From a virus: a DNA stretch of 64,000 bases. The position numbers and the translations under genes were made by a program. The DNA lies in IMG/VR virus record IMGVR_UViG_3300044899_000017, positions 1-64,000 of that record; one strand, 5' to 3'. The notes beneath the pieces are model-generated. The model was given only the letters and a program-made list of their open reading frames with translations. It was not told the origin of the DNA and did not search any database. Each line of letters starts with the position of its first letter. Position 1 is the stretch's first letter. Shown here one piece after another: positions 45,139-53,387 of this stretch.

Positions 45139-46569
45139 GTGGGCGAGTTCCGCATCTTCACGGGCGCCGGCGGGAAGCGGTTCGTCGGCGAGACGGGTCA
45201 GGGCGAGCTAGTCGAGCGCATCTCGCGCGCGGCGGGCGCTCCGATCAACTCGAACGCTCGCGATCAGGCGGCGGCGGGCCTGCTGCACTCCATCGGCCTT
45301 CACGCGCAGGCCGAAGTGATCATCCTCCACGCTCGCGGCGTGCCCGGCTTCGGGCCTGCGAACCCGGTGAACCGCTCGACGCACTGCCGGTTCAATGACG
45401 GCGCCGCGTACCGGCGCTTCGTCGCGGGCTTCAAGCTCGGCGTGCGCGGCCGCGGCGTGGACACGGCGAACACGCCGGCGTTCCTCGCCGAAGCGCATAA
45501 GCAGGGCCTCGCGTTCTTCCTGACCTACCCCGGCTCCGTCGGCGAGCGCCAGCACGTGAACGAGGCGACCTCGACGTGGGGGAAGCGGCTCGTGCCGCAG
45601 TTCCACGCCGCACCGGGCGACCGTGGCCGCAACGTCCGCCGGCTCCGGAACGTCCTCGTCGTCCTCGGGCTGCTCGACAAACGCGGCAGCGTCTTCGGCA
45701 CGAAGGTCGAGGCCGCGGTCCGCGTCTTTCAGTTGCACCACCACCTGAAGGTCGATGGCGTCGTCGGCCCGATGACGTGGGCGCAGCTCGTCGTCGCGTA
45801 CCGGCAGAAGAAGAAGCACCCGCCGAAGCCGCCGGCGCCGCATCCGCCGCACACGCATCCGCCGGCGCAGCCGATCCCGCATCAGCTTCATAAGGGCGTG
45901 GTGAACGGGCCGGACGTGTCCGAGCATCAGGGAGACGTGGACTGGCGGAAAGTGTCCGTCGGCATGAACGAGTTCGCCGGCGTCCGCGTGAACGACGGGG
46001 ACCACCGCGACTCGCGCTTCTCGAAGGCGCGGCTCGACTCGATGCGCGCGCAGCGGGTGATCCCGATGCCGTACGCGTACCTGCGGGTGGCGTCGCCGGG
46101 GAACGGCGAGCGCAACGGCGCGGCCGAGTGCGATATGACGCTCCGGTGGGCGCACGAGGCCGGGTGGGGGAAGCCCGGCGACCTACAGATAGCGGCCGAC
46201 TTCGAGGAGGCGAACGGGCAGTCGCTCCGGAAGGCCGGCGTGCATCTCGTGCAATGGGTCGCGCGCTACCACGACCGGACCGGCGCGTGGCCGACGCTCT
46301 ACAGCTCGCCGGCGTTCCTCGCCGCGGTGATGGCGACGCTGAGTCCGCAGGCGCGGGCGATGCTCGCGAAGTGCCCGCTGTGGATCGCGCACGTCGGGCC
46401 GGGCGGGAAGCCGCGCACGGCGAAGCCGACGGTGCCGCGGCCGTGGAAGCGGTACACCTTCTGGCAGTTCTCGTGGGTCGGGCGGCAGCCGGGAATCTCG
46501 ACGCCGTGCGATATGTCCATCTTCAACGGGTCGTTTAGCGCACTGCTGCGACTCACCATCCGGAGGTAG
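45139..46569 (+). CDS. endolysin: M15-like peptidase + PG_binding_1 + GH25 muramidase
   Basis: ANPVNRSTH...GVD...ERQH; AVRVFQ..HHLKVDGVVGP.TW; DVSEHQG.VDW..DFE..LWIA..FWQFS. Confidence 0.9.
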   Translation: MGEFRIFTGAGGKRFVGETGQGELVERISRAAGAPINSNARDQAAAGLLHSIGLHAQAEVIILHARGVPGFGPANPVNRSTHCRFNDGAAYRRFVAGFKLGVRGRGVDTANTPAFLAEAHKQGLAFFLTYPGSVGERQHVNEATSTWGKRLVPQFHAAPGDRGRNVRRLRNVLVVLGLLDKRGSVFGTKVEAAVRVFQLHHHLKVDGVVGPMTWAQLVVAYRQKKKHPPKPPAPHPPHTHPPAQPIPHQLHKGVVNGPDVSEHQGDVDWRKVSVGMNEFAGVRVNDGDHRDSRFSKARLDSMRAQRVIPMPYAYLRVASPGNGERNGAAECDMTLRWAHEAGWGKPGDLQIAADFEEANGQSLRKAGVHLVQWVARYHDRTGAWPTLYSSPAFLAAVMATLSPQARAMLAKCPLWIAHVGPGGKPRTAKPTVPRPWKRYTFWQFSWVGRQPGISTPCDMSIFNGSFSALLRLTIRR

Positions 46570-46574
46570 CCGCT

Positions 46575-46925
46575 GTGTCTCCCCTGTCGAAGCTCTATCC
46601 GCTGCTCGAAGCAGCTCGCGCCGTCCTCGCCGCGCTCGCCGGCCTCGCTGCCGTCCTCGCGTCCTCGGGCGACCTCCTGCACCTTCCCGCCGGCGTGACG
46701 GGCGCGCTCGTCGCGTTCGTGGCGTATGTCGGGCAGCTCGGCATCCGCTCGAAGACGACGCCGTTCGCCGAGCCGGACACGTCGCAGGTGCCCGAGCTGG
46801 CGGACACGCCGGAGTTCGCTGCCGTGGCCGCGCCGCCGCAGCGTGCCGAGGCCGAGGAGCCGCCGGCGCGGAAGCGCGCGAGCCGCGCCGGAGCTGCGCG
46901 CTCGAAGTCTTCGCGCTCGCGCTGA
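46575..46925 (+). CDS. holin-like membrane protein
   Basis: two TM segments, basic C-terminus, follows endolysin. Confidence 0.7.
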   Translation: MSPLSKLYPLLEAARAVLAALAGLAAVLASSGDLLHLPAGVTGALVAFVAYVGQLGIRSKTTPFAEPDTSQVPELADTPEFAAVAAPPQRAEAEEPPARKRASRAGAARSKSSRSR

Positions 46926-46964
46926 TCCGGGGCTTCCACCTGCGCGAGCGGGTACGATTGCGGC

Positions 46965-47062
46965 CGACGGTAATCGTCGATCCTCGTGCGGCTCGGGTAA
47001 AGCAGCGCGACCGGCGAGCTGTCGAACGAAGGCGGGTCTTCACGGCCCGCCTTCGTCGTTCT
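46965..47062 (+). ncRNA. candidate trans-acting antisense sRNA against early 5'UTRs
   Basis: GGCTTC-N16-TACGAT promoter (46931-46958); 5' hairpin 46965-46979; core TCCTCGTGCGGCTCGGGTA 46981-46999; hairpin 47008-47024; terminator 47026-47062. Confidence 0.7.
47026..47062 (+). terminator. intrinsic terminator
   Basis: ACGAAGGCGGGTC-TTCAC-GGCCCGCCTTCGT 13-bp stem, then CGTTCT. Confidence 0.8.
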
Positions 47063-47100
47063 CGGAGGGGAATCGCGGCCGCGCTCGAAGGGATGCCGAC

Positions 47101-47151
47101 CGATGCCGAACGTATCGTCGCCGCATCGTCACCCGAGCCGCAGGAGGAACC
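47101..47151 (+). promoter_or_regulatory. early promoter/5'UTR cassette copy 5 (degenerate)
   Basis: CGATGCCGAACGTATCGT, CACCCGAGCCGCAGGAGGA at 47130, GTG 47152. Confidence 0.7.
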
Positions 47152-48501
47152 GTGGGAGCAGCAGACGCAGGGACCGCGCTAGACACGATCCCGGAGGAGG
47201 AGCGTAACCTCCGGGGCCTCGAACTCGCCGAGCAGCACTTCCCGCCGGAGCGCCGAGCGCAGGTCGCCGCGTTTCTCGAAGTGCCCGCGGAGTCGCCGGC
47301 GCTGCTGCCGTTCCTCGCGTGGTGCGCTGCGAACCGGTACTCGCCGATAGCCGGCCACGTGTGGCTGATCCCGAAGAAGATCAAGGCGAAGGACGGCGAG
47401 CCGGAGCGGACGATCTACAAGCCGGCGGTGGGGCGCGACGGGCTGCTGCACAAAGCTCGCGAGTCGAAGGGCAAGCCGAACGGCTACCGCGGCCTGAAGT
47501 TCGGCGTCGTCTGCGAGCGCGACACGTTCGAGGTCGAGGAGGACGGCTCGATGGACGGGCCGAAGATTCTCCACCGCTACGCGTCGAAGCCGACGGAGTT
47601 CGCGCCGGACGAGTCGCCGGACCGCTACCGCGGCCGCGTGATCGGCGCGTGGGCGAAGTGCTTCGTGGACGGCGAGCCGCCGACGTTCTACTTCGCCAAC
47701 CTGCGCGAGCATGGCCGGCTGCGGCACGTGTGGGACTACAACCCGAACGAACACTCGCGGAAGCCGATCTACCTCGACGCCGAGGGGAAGAAGACGTGGG
47801 CAGAGTTCGGCGAGGGCGGGATGCGGAACCGGCCTCTTCAGGAGTGGGAGGGCGCGTGGGAGTACCTGTCCACGATGATCCTGAAGGCGGCGCAGTCGTA
47901 CGTGCTGCGGATCGCGCTCGGGATCACGGGCATCGTGCCGGTGGACGAGCTGCGCGACGTGACCTCGTGGAAGGAAGGCGACACGGGCGCGGCCGTCGAG
48001 ACGGGCGTGATGGCTGCACCCGAGGCCGAGTTCGACTTCGACGTGCTGACCGCTGACGAGGAGCTGCGCGAGCGGCTGCGCCACGCGGTCGAGACGGCGA
48101 ACGAGCAGGAGCCGTTCGCGTGGGGGCCGGCGAAGTGCGAGATGGTGCTGTCGGGCCGCACGGACGACGAGCTGCGGACCTTCGTCGAGCAGATCGAGCG
48201 CGAGAACGACCTGCGCGAGCAGCGCATCGCGAAGGCGGCTGGCGAGGAGCCGGTCGTGGACGCCGAGGTCGTCGAGGAGGAGCCGGAGGAGGAGAAGCCC
48301 GCCGGCGCCGGCGTGTCGATCACCGCGGCGGCGCTCGACGTGGGGGACCGCGTGTGGCGCGGCGAGACGCTGCGCGTCGTGACGGTGAAGGAACGCGACG
48401 GCGACACGGTGACGCTCGGCTTCGAGGGCGAGGACGAGCCGGTGACGGTCCCGTCCGGGGAGGGCTTCATGGTCGTGCAGGGCGGCGCCGGCGGGAGCTA
48501 G
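47152..48501 (+). CDS. RecT/Bet-like ssDNA annealing protein
   Basis: FL.WC....SP....VWLIP...VGRDGL...V.E.DTF...IGAWA...W....TM..K.A....LR.A.GI.G....DE. Confidence 0.85.
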   Translation: MGAADAGTALDTIPEEERNLRGLELAEQHFPPERRAQVAAFLEVPAESPALLPFLAWCAANRYSPIAGHVWLIPKKIKAKDGEPERTIYKPAVGRDGLLHKARESKGKPNGYRGLKFGVVCERDTFEVEEDGSMDGPKILHRYASKPTEFAPDESPDRYRGRVIGAWAKCFVDGEPPTFYFANLREHGRLRHVWDYNPNEHSRKPIYLDAEGKKTWAEFGEGGMRNRPLQEWEGAWEYLSTMILKAAQSYVLRIALGITGIVPVDELRDVTSWKEGDTGAAVETGVMAAPEAEFDFDVLTADEELRERLRHAVETANEQEPFAWGPAKCEMVLSGRTDDELRTFVEQIERENDLREQRIAKAAGEEPVVDAEVVEEEPEEEKPAGAGVSITAAALDVGDRVWRGETLRVVTVKERDGDTVTLGFEGEDEPVTVPSGEGFMVVQGGAGGS

Positions 48502-48505
48502 CTCG

Positions 48506-48679
48506 ATGCGGTGGTGGCGACGGGGGCGTCCGAGAGTTCGACCTCGGCGCCGTCCGTGTCCCGACTGCGGCGCGCGGCTCTTCCACTACCGCGGGCTGTG
48601 GCACTGCGAGCGGTGCCCGTACCCCTACAAGTTCCCCCGCGGCGCCGGCCGCGTGATCAGCTCCTCGAAAGGCGAATGA
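48506..48679 (+). CDS. 57-aa Zn-ribbon protein
   Basis: MRWWRR...CPDCG...WHCERC read by hand; fills gap exactly. Confidence 0.6.
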   Translation: MRWWRRGRPRVRPRRRPCPDCGARLFHYRGLWHCERCPYPYKFPRGAGRVISSSKGE

Positions 48680-50062
48680 ATGAACGAAGCGAAGGTCGGG
48701 CGCATAGATCGCGTCGCCGTCAGGCGGTGGATCGAAGAGAAGGAAGAGCTGCCGCTCGACGCGGTGATGGGGATGTTCCCGACGATGCGGCAGTCGCTCC
48801 TCGCGAAGCACGACGACTGCGCGCTGTCCTCGTTCTTCGAGCTGCGCTACGCGAACGGGTGGAACACGCACCCGCAGGCGCGGGGCACGGTCTTCCATCT
48901 CTTCGCGGCGAAGTTCCTGCAAGAGCTGCGCGAGCAGAAGAAGAAGACGCTGCCGGTCGGCGTCGCCGAGGCGATCCTCGTCGAAGCGTGCCGGCAGCGC
49001 GAGGACTCGCAGGGCCGGCCGATCCCGCCGGAGGACATCGTGCGCGTGCCGCTGCGCTCGATGCCGGAGCTGCGGGGGGCGGCGCGGAAGTTCGCGAAGG
49101 ACAACGAGTTCTCTTACGACCGGATCGTGGACATCGAGCGGCGGCTAGGCGCCGAACTCGTCTACCCGAGCGCCGACGGCCGGCTCGTGAAGCGGTGGCT
49201 GACGGGGCAGCTCGACGCGGTGCTTTTCGAGAAGCCGGACGGCGCCGTGGTGATCGACTGGAAGGACACGTGGGCGCTGCCGCCGGAGCCGAAGGAACGC
49301 GACCCGGAGGACTTCGTGGGGGCCGACGACGAGCTGCGCGGCATCTCGTACCACGGCTACTTCCAGCAGCGCTTTTACGGGTGGCTGGTGATGAAGACCT
49401 ATCGCAACGTGAACCGCGTCACGCTGCGCGAGTTCTACGCGCGGAAGACGAAGGCGCGGAAGGCGACGCTGACTCGTGACCGGCTGCCCGAGGTCGAGGA
49501 AGAGCTAGGGCTGCTCGCCGCGGCGTTCGACGAGGCGATCATGCAGGGTCCGCCCGAGTGGCCGTACATCATCGACGAGCAGGAGGCCGAGGCGCGCGGC
49601 GTGAAGCCGCTCGGGCGGTGGGCGCCGCAGCCGGGGAAGCACTGCGGCTTCTGCGCGATGTCGCGCCACTGCCCGGTCGAAGAGGACGCGCGGATCGAGT
49701 CGGCCGCGCAGACCGGCGGCGCCGCGATCACGTCGTTCGAGCAGGCGAAGCGGGCGACGGGCGAACTTCAGGTCGTCGAGCGGGTGCGTGCGGTGCTGCT
49801 GTCGGCGCTGAAGTCGTACGTCGAGACGAGCGGCGCTCCCGTGCCCGTGAAGGCGGGCAAGGGCCGGCGAGTCCTCGGGTGGTACGAGACGAAGCGCGGC
49901 CGGCGGTTCGGCCTCTTCACGCCGGACGACTCCGACCGCGGTGGGCACGCCGACCTCGACCGCCAGCTCGAAGAGGCGATGCGCGAGGCGACCGCGCGAG
50001 CGCAGGAGGCGAAGCCGAAGCGCCGGCGCTCGGGCCGCAACCGGCCGGCCGGGAAGGTATGA
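48680..50062 (+). CDS. PD-(D/E)xK RecB/Cas4-like exonuclease
   Basis: GTVFH, E, GQLDAV, IDWK, Q..FY; N-terminal Cys plus C-terminal CxxCxxxxxC. Confidence 0.85.
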   Translation: MNEAKVGRIDRVAVRRWIEEKEELPLDAVMGMFPTMRQSLLAKHDDCALSSFFELRYANGWNTHPQARGTVFHLFAAKFLQELREQKKKTLPVGVAEAILVEACRQREDSQGRPIPPEDIVRVPLRSMPELRGAARKFAKDNEFSYDRIVDIERRLGAELVYPSADGRLVKRWLTGQLDAVLFEKPDGAVVIDWKDTWALPPEPKERDPEDFVGADDELRGISYHGYFQQRFYGWLVMKTYRNVNRVTLREFYARKTKARKATLTRDRLPEVEEELGLLAAAFDEAIMQGPPEWPYIIDEQEAEARGVKPLGRWAPQPGKHCGFCAMSRHCPVEEDARIESAAQTGGAAITSFEQAKRATGELQVVERVRAVLLSALKSYVETSGAPVPVKAGKGRRVLGWYETKRGRRFGLFTPDDSDRGGHADLDRQLEEAMREATARAQEAKPKRRRSGRNRPAGKV

Positions 50063-50307
50063 CGACGGCCACGAAGCCCTGCTCGTGTGGCTGGCCGGAC
50101 TGCCCGGAACTCGGGCCGGCCGGCGAGCATGAGTGGAACCCGCTCGCCGAGCCGGTGGACGACTGCGGGCTGTGCGCGGGGCGACTCGACCGGCTCCCGT
50201 GGACGGAGATTGCAGCGCGCCACGGCGAGCGGCTGCCGGTGGGGCCGGTGCAGCTCCCGGTCCGGATCGCGGTCGGCTACGCGCACCCGGAGTGCGTCGA
50301 GCCGTGA
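50059..50307 (+). CDS. Cys/His-rich hypothetical protein
   Basis: CSC..C..H, CGLC..HPEC. Confidence 0.65.
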   Translation: MTTATKPCSCGWPDCPELGPAGEHEWNPLAEPVDDCGLCAGRLDRLPWTEIAARHGERLPVGPVQLPVRIAVGYAHPECVEP

Positions 50308-50519
50308 CGGGGATGGACGAGACGGAGCGCCGGCTACTCGCGGCCGCGGAGGAGGCGAACGAGCGCATCAGGACGTGCCACGAGCGCGTCGCGTGCCCGC
50401 TGTGCGGTGCGCCGGTAGGCACGCGGTGCCGACGCGTGAACGCCATCTCGTCGCTGTCTCGCGCTCCGCTGAAGCATCCGCACCGGCAGCGGTGGACGCT
50501 CGTGCAGCCGGCGCGCTGA
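50304..50519 (+). CDS. small zinc-finger protein
   Basis: CPLCGA..GTRC...HRQR. Confidence 0.7.
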   Translation: MTGMDETERRLLAAAEEANERIRTCHERVACPLCGAPVGTRCRRVNAISSLSRAPLKHPHRQRWTLVQPAR

Positions 50520-50522
50520 CGG

Positions 50523-51095
50523 ATGGCGTTCGGCGACCGGAAGAAGGGCCTGCGCCGCGACGGGAAGAAGGCGCGGGACTTCGCCGAGCAGCGCCACGAG
50601 CTGCACGCAGATCGCGAGACGACGGCGCGCTTCAGGCAGCGCGGCCGCGAGTCGGGGGCGCGCTCGCTGCGCGAGGCGGCGGTGCGCGCTGCCCGCGCGC
50701 CGAAGCCGGTCGAGGGTCCGCTGACGCCGCGCGAGTGGCGCGAACGCGCGTTCGAGTCGTCCGGAGGGCTGTGCAAGATCACCCGGACCCGAGCCTCCGA
50801 TGCCGACGATCCCCGCTTCCACGTACATCACCCGCTCCCGAAGGGCCTGCTCCGCGAGCGGGGCCTCTACGGGCACGTGTGGGATGCGAGGAACGCGCTG
50901 TGGGTCGCCGAGGTCGTCCATATGAATCACGAGGGCGGCACGAGGCGCATAGCGCGCGGCTGGCTGCTTCCTTGCACGTGGGCGTTCGCGCAGGAGATGG
51001 ACGCCACGGACGGAACGCAGTGGGCCACGGAGACGGTTCGCAGGCTTCACCCGGCCGCGGGGCACGCGGCGTATTCGGACCCGAGGAGGGACTGA
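50523..51095 (+). CDS. HNH-like nuclease
   Basis: HVHHPLPK...WDARNAL...HMNHE. Confidence 0.6.
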   Translation: MAFGDRKKGLRRDGKKARDFAEQRHELHADRETTARFRQRGRESGARSLREAAVRAARAPKPVEGPLTPREWRERAFESSGGLCKITRTRASDADDPRFHVHHPLPKGLLRERGLYGHVWDARNALWVAEVVHMNHEGGTRRIARGWLLPCTWAFAQEMDATDGTQWATETVRRLHPAAGHAAYSDPRRD

Positions 51096-51098
51096 ACG

Positions 51099-51620
51099 AT
51101 GGCGAAGGACGACGAGACGGGAGTCGATGCTGTGTCGGCAGACGGCGCAGGCGCGACGGACGACGAGCTAGAGGCTCGTCGGAAGAAGGGCAACGGCGGG
51201 ACCTCGATGGCGGCTCGCGCGCAGGCCGGCGAGTTCGACGACACGGGCGCCGCGCCCGAGTCCGAGGAGGACGACGGGCAGGGGACGTTCGTGTGGGAGC
51301 AGGGCCGGAAGGTCACGCTCGCGAACATCATCGCTCGTGGCACGCCGACGGAACACGTCTTCGTGTTCGGCGGTCGGCGCTCGCGCGGCTCGGGCGGGCT
51401 GATGGGCTTCGATGCGAAGCCGCTGATGGTCGTCTCCGGGATGCCGGGGCCGGTGACGCTCGTGCCGACGTACGACGACGAGGACAAGGTGACGAAGGTC
51501 GTCGTCGAGTCGCACGTGCGAGCGCGCAACGTCGCGAACGCCGACTCCGAGGAGGGGCTGCTGATGATCGCGCACCTGCTCGAAGCGCACGGCTACGTGA
51601 AGAGGGACGCCGCGGCCTGA
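51099..51620 (+). CDS. hypothetical protein
   Basis: ACCCGAGGAGGG upstream. Confidence 0.8.
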   Translation: MAKDDETGVDAVSADGAGATDDELEARRKKGNGGTSMAARAQAGEFDDTGAAPESEEDDGQGTFVWEQGRKVTLANIIARGTPTEHVFVFGGRRSRGSGGLMGFDAKPLMVVSGMPGPVTLVPTYDDEDKVTKVVVESHVRARNVANADSEEGLLMIAHLLEAHGYVKRDAAA

Positions 51621-51640
51621 CGGCACCGGCCTAGAACGAG

Positions 51641-51672
51641 GACGGGCGCCGGTGTGGGAACCGGCGCCCGTC
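51641..51672 (+). terminator. hairpin/terminator
   Basis: perfect 13-bp stem GACGGGCGCCGGT/ACCGGCGCCCGTC. Confidence 0.7.
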
Positions 51673-51705
51673 AAGCATTCGCGACTCTGAGGAGGAGTTC
51701 GGAAC

Positions 51706-52632
51706 GTGGGGAACACTAGCCGCCGTGGCGGACGCATAGCAGTCGAAGATCATCGCGCGCTGCCGGTGTCCGTGATCCGTCACGCCGACCTCGACCGCAT
51801 CGCCGAGATGTTCGACGGGCGCCGGCTGCCGGTCGCGCGGTCCGTGTACTTCGCGGTCGTGCAGCTCGTCGCCGAGGCCGGCGGACCGCACGGCGAGGCG
51901 ACGCGCCGCGAGTTGGCCGTCCTCGCCGGCGTGTCCGTGCGGACGCTCGACGAGAACGTGACGGCGCTCGAAGGCGCCGGCCTGATGCACCGGCAGAAGC
52001 GCCGCGAGGACGGCCTGAACTTGCCGAATCTGTGGGCGCTCGGACCGCCGGGGGGTGGTGCAGCAGACGGCACTACCCCCGCGAGCTGCACTAGCGCAGC
52101 AGACCGCACCCAGCAGTCTTCTTCCCCTGCCGGTGCTTCCTCGTCGAGTGGGGTGAAGGACGGTGGGGGCGGTCCGGCAGCACTACCGCTCCCGGAGGGC
52201 GTCGAGGTCCCGGACGACCTGCTCGCCGACGCCGGCGAGCTGCTGCGCCGGAAGAAGCGCGTGGACGGGCAGCAGGTCCGGCCGGGAGAGATGATCGTCG
52301 CCGCGGCTGCCATCGCCGAGTTCAATCGGCAGGCCGACTCGGACTTCGGCCTCGGCGCGCACGTCGTGTCGCTCGTGATGCGAATCCGCGAGCGGCCGTC
52401 GTACACGGCCGAGGCGCACGTGCGGCTCGTGCAGTCGGCGTTCCGGATCGCGTGGTGGAAGAAGAACGGTCGCCGCGGTGGTCGTCCGACCCCTGCTGTG
52501 ATCTATGGGCACGCTGGCGTGTTCGAGCAGGTCGTGCAGGACGCGACGGACGAGAAGCGAGGGCGCGAAGTGGCGGACACGCCGGAGCGTCGAGGTCGAT
52601 TCGAGCGGCAGGGCGCCGCGGAGAGGCAGTGA
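51706..52632 (+). CDS. replication initiator (N-terminal HTH)
   Basis: TRRELA.LAGVS.RTL....LE.AGL....R.....N.W; upstream of DnaC-like gene. Confidence 0.8.
   Translation: MGNTSRRGGRIAVEDHRALPVSVIRHADLDRIAEMFDGRRLPVARSVYFAVVQLVAEAGGPHGEATRRELAVLAGVSVRTLDENVTALEGAGLMHRQKRREDGLNLPNLWALGPPGGGAADGTTPASCTSAADRTQQSSSPAGASSSSGVKDGGGGPAALPLPEGVEVPDDLLADAGELLRRKKRVDGQQVRPGEMIVAAAAIAEFNRQADSDFGLGAHVVSLVMRIRERPSYTAEAHVRLVQSAFRIAWWKKNGRRGGRPTPAVIYGHAGVFEQVVQDATDEKRGREVADTPERRGRFERQGAAERQ
52051..52130 (+). repeat. candidate replication origin iterons inside initiator
   Basis: three 18-nt-period units at 52059/52077/52095 sharing GCAC(T/C); inverted repeat GGGGGTGGTGC/GCACTACCCCC. Confidence 0.55.
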
Positions 52633-53387
52633 TGGCCGGAGAGTTCGACGACGACGGGCTACAGGAGCCGACGCGGAAGAAGTTCCGCCGGCGGGACGCG
52701 CGGGGGCTAGGGGCCGTGATCGACGAGAAGGACCCGCTGCCCGTGCCCGAGGGCGTCGAGCCGGAGGAGGACGAGGAGACGTGGGATCAGCGCGCGGCGC
52801 GCGAGCATCGCGAGATGTACGCGGAGCTGGCGCCGCGGCGGCGCGAGGCGTCGCGCGTGCCGGAGCGGCATCGCGTGTCGTTCGACGACTTCGACCTCGA
52901 CGACCGCGCGGAAGCGATCCGCGAGGCGCAGGCGTGGGCCGAGGGCACCGGCCCGCGGGGGCTGCTGCTGCACGGCGAGGTCGGCCGCGGGAAGTCGAGG
53001 ATCGCCGGCGCCGCGGCGTGGCATCGCTGTCTGATCGGGCCGGTGCGCTGGCGCAACGTCGCCGAGCTGCTGCTGTCGCTGTCGTACGACTTCGGCCACC
53101 CGGAGCGCGAGAAGGCGCTCGCGGCGCTCGCGCCGAAGTCCGGCTCGGCGCTGATCCTCGACGACCTCGATAAGACGAAGGCGACCGATCACGCGCTGCA
53201 ACCGCTGTACCTCGCGGTGAACGCGTTCGTCGAGGCTAAGGCGCCGCTGATCGTGACGACGAACCGCTCGATAGACCGGCTCGCCGAGGAGTTCGGCGAC
53301 CGCTTCGGGACGGCCATCGGCTCGCGGCTCGGCGGTTACTGCGCGGTCTTCGAGATAGGCGGGCGCGACCGGAGGCTCGAACCGTGA
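52632..53387 (+). CDS. DnaC/IstB-like AAA+ helicase loader
   Basis: GLLLHGEVGRGKS, LILDDL, IVTTN, SRL. Confidence 0.9.
   Translation: MAGEFDDDGLQEPTRKKFRRRDARGLGAVIDEKDPLPVPEGVEPEEDEETWDQRAAREHREMYAELAPRRREASRVPERHRVSFDDFDLDDRAEAIREAQAWAEGTGPRGLLLHGEVGRGKSRIAGAAAWHRCLIGPVRWRNVAELLLSLSYDFGHPEREKALAALAPKSGSALILDDLDKTKATDHALQPLYLAVNAFVEAKAPLIVTTNRSIDRLAEEFGDRFGTAIGSRLGGYCAVFEIGGRDRRLEP

Noticed and set aside
46958-47182. 74-aa ORF across the sRNA locus, and the long N-terminal extension of ORF 46726
   Set aside because: TTG start overlaps the -10, the ORF runs through a strong terminator, and its composition is non-coding-like; the recombinase start is GTG 47152 with an SD.
49163-49171. TACCCGAGC inside the exonuclease CDS (and similar in-gene ACCCGAG hits)
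   Set aside because: No upstream TATCGT/palindrome and no downstream SD-start; plausible by chance at this GC content.
48680-50062. Cas4-like nuclease as part of a CRISPR system
   Set aside because: Context is RecT-exonuclease recombination; no other cas genes or array.
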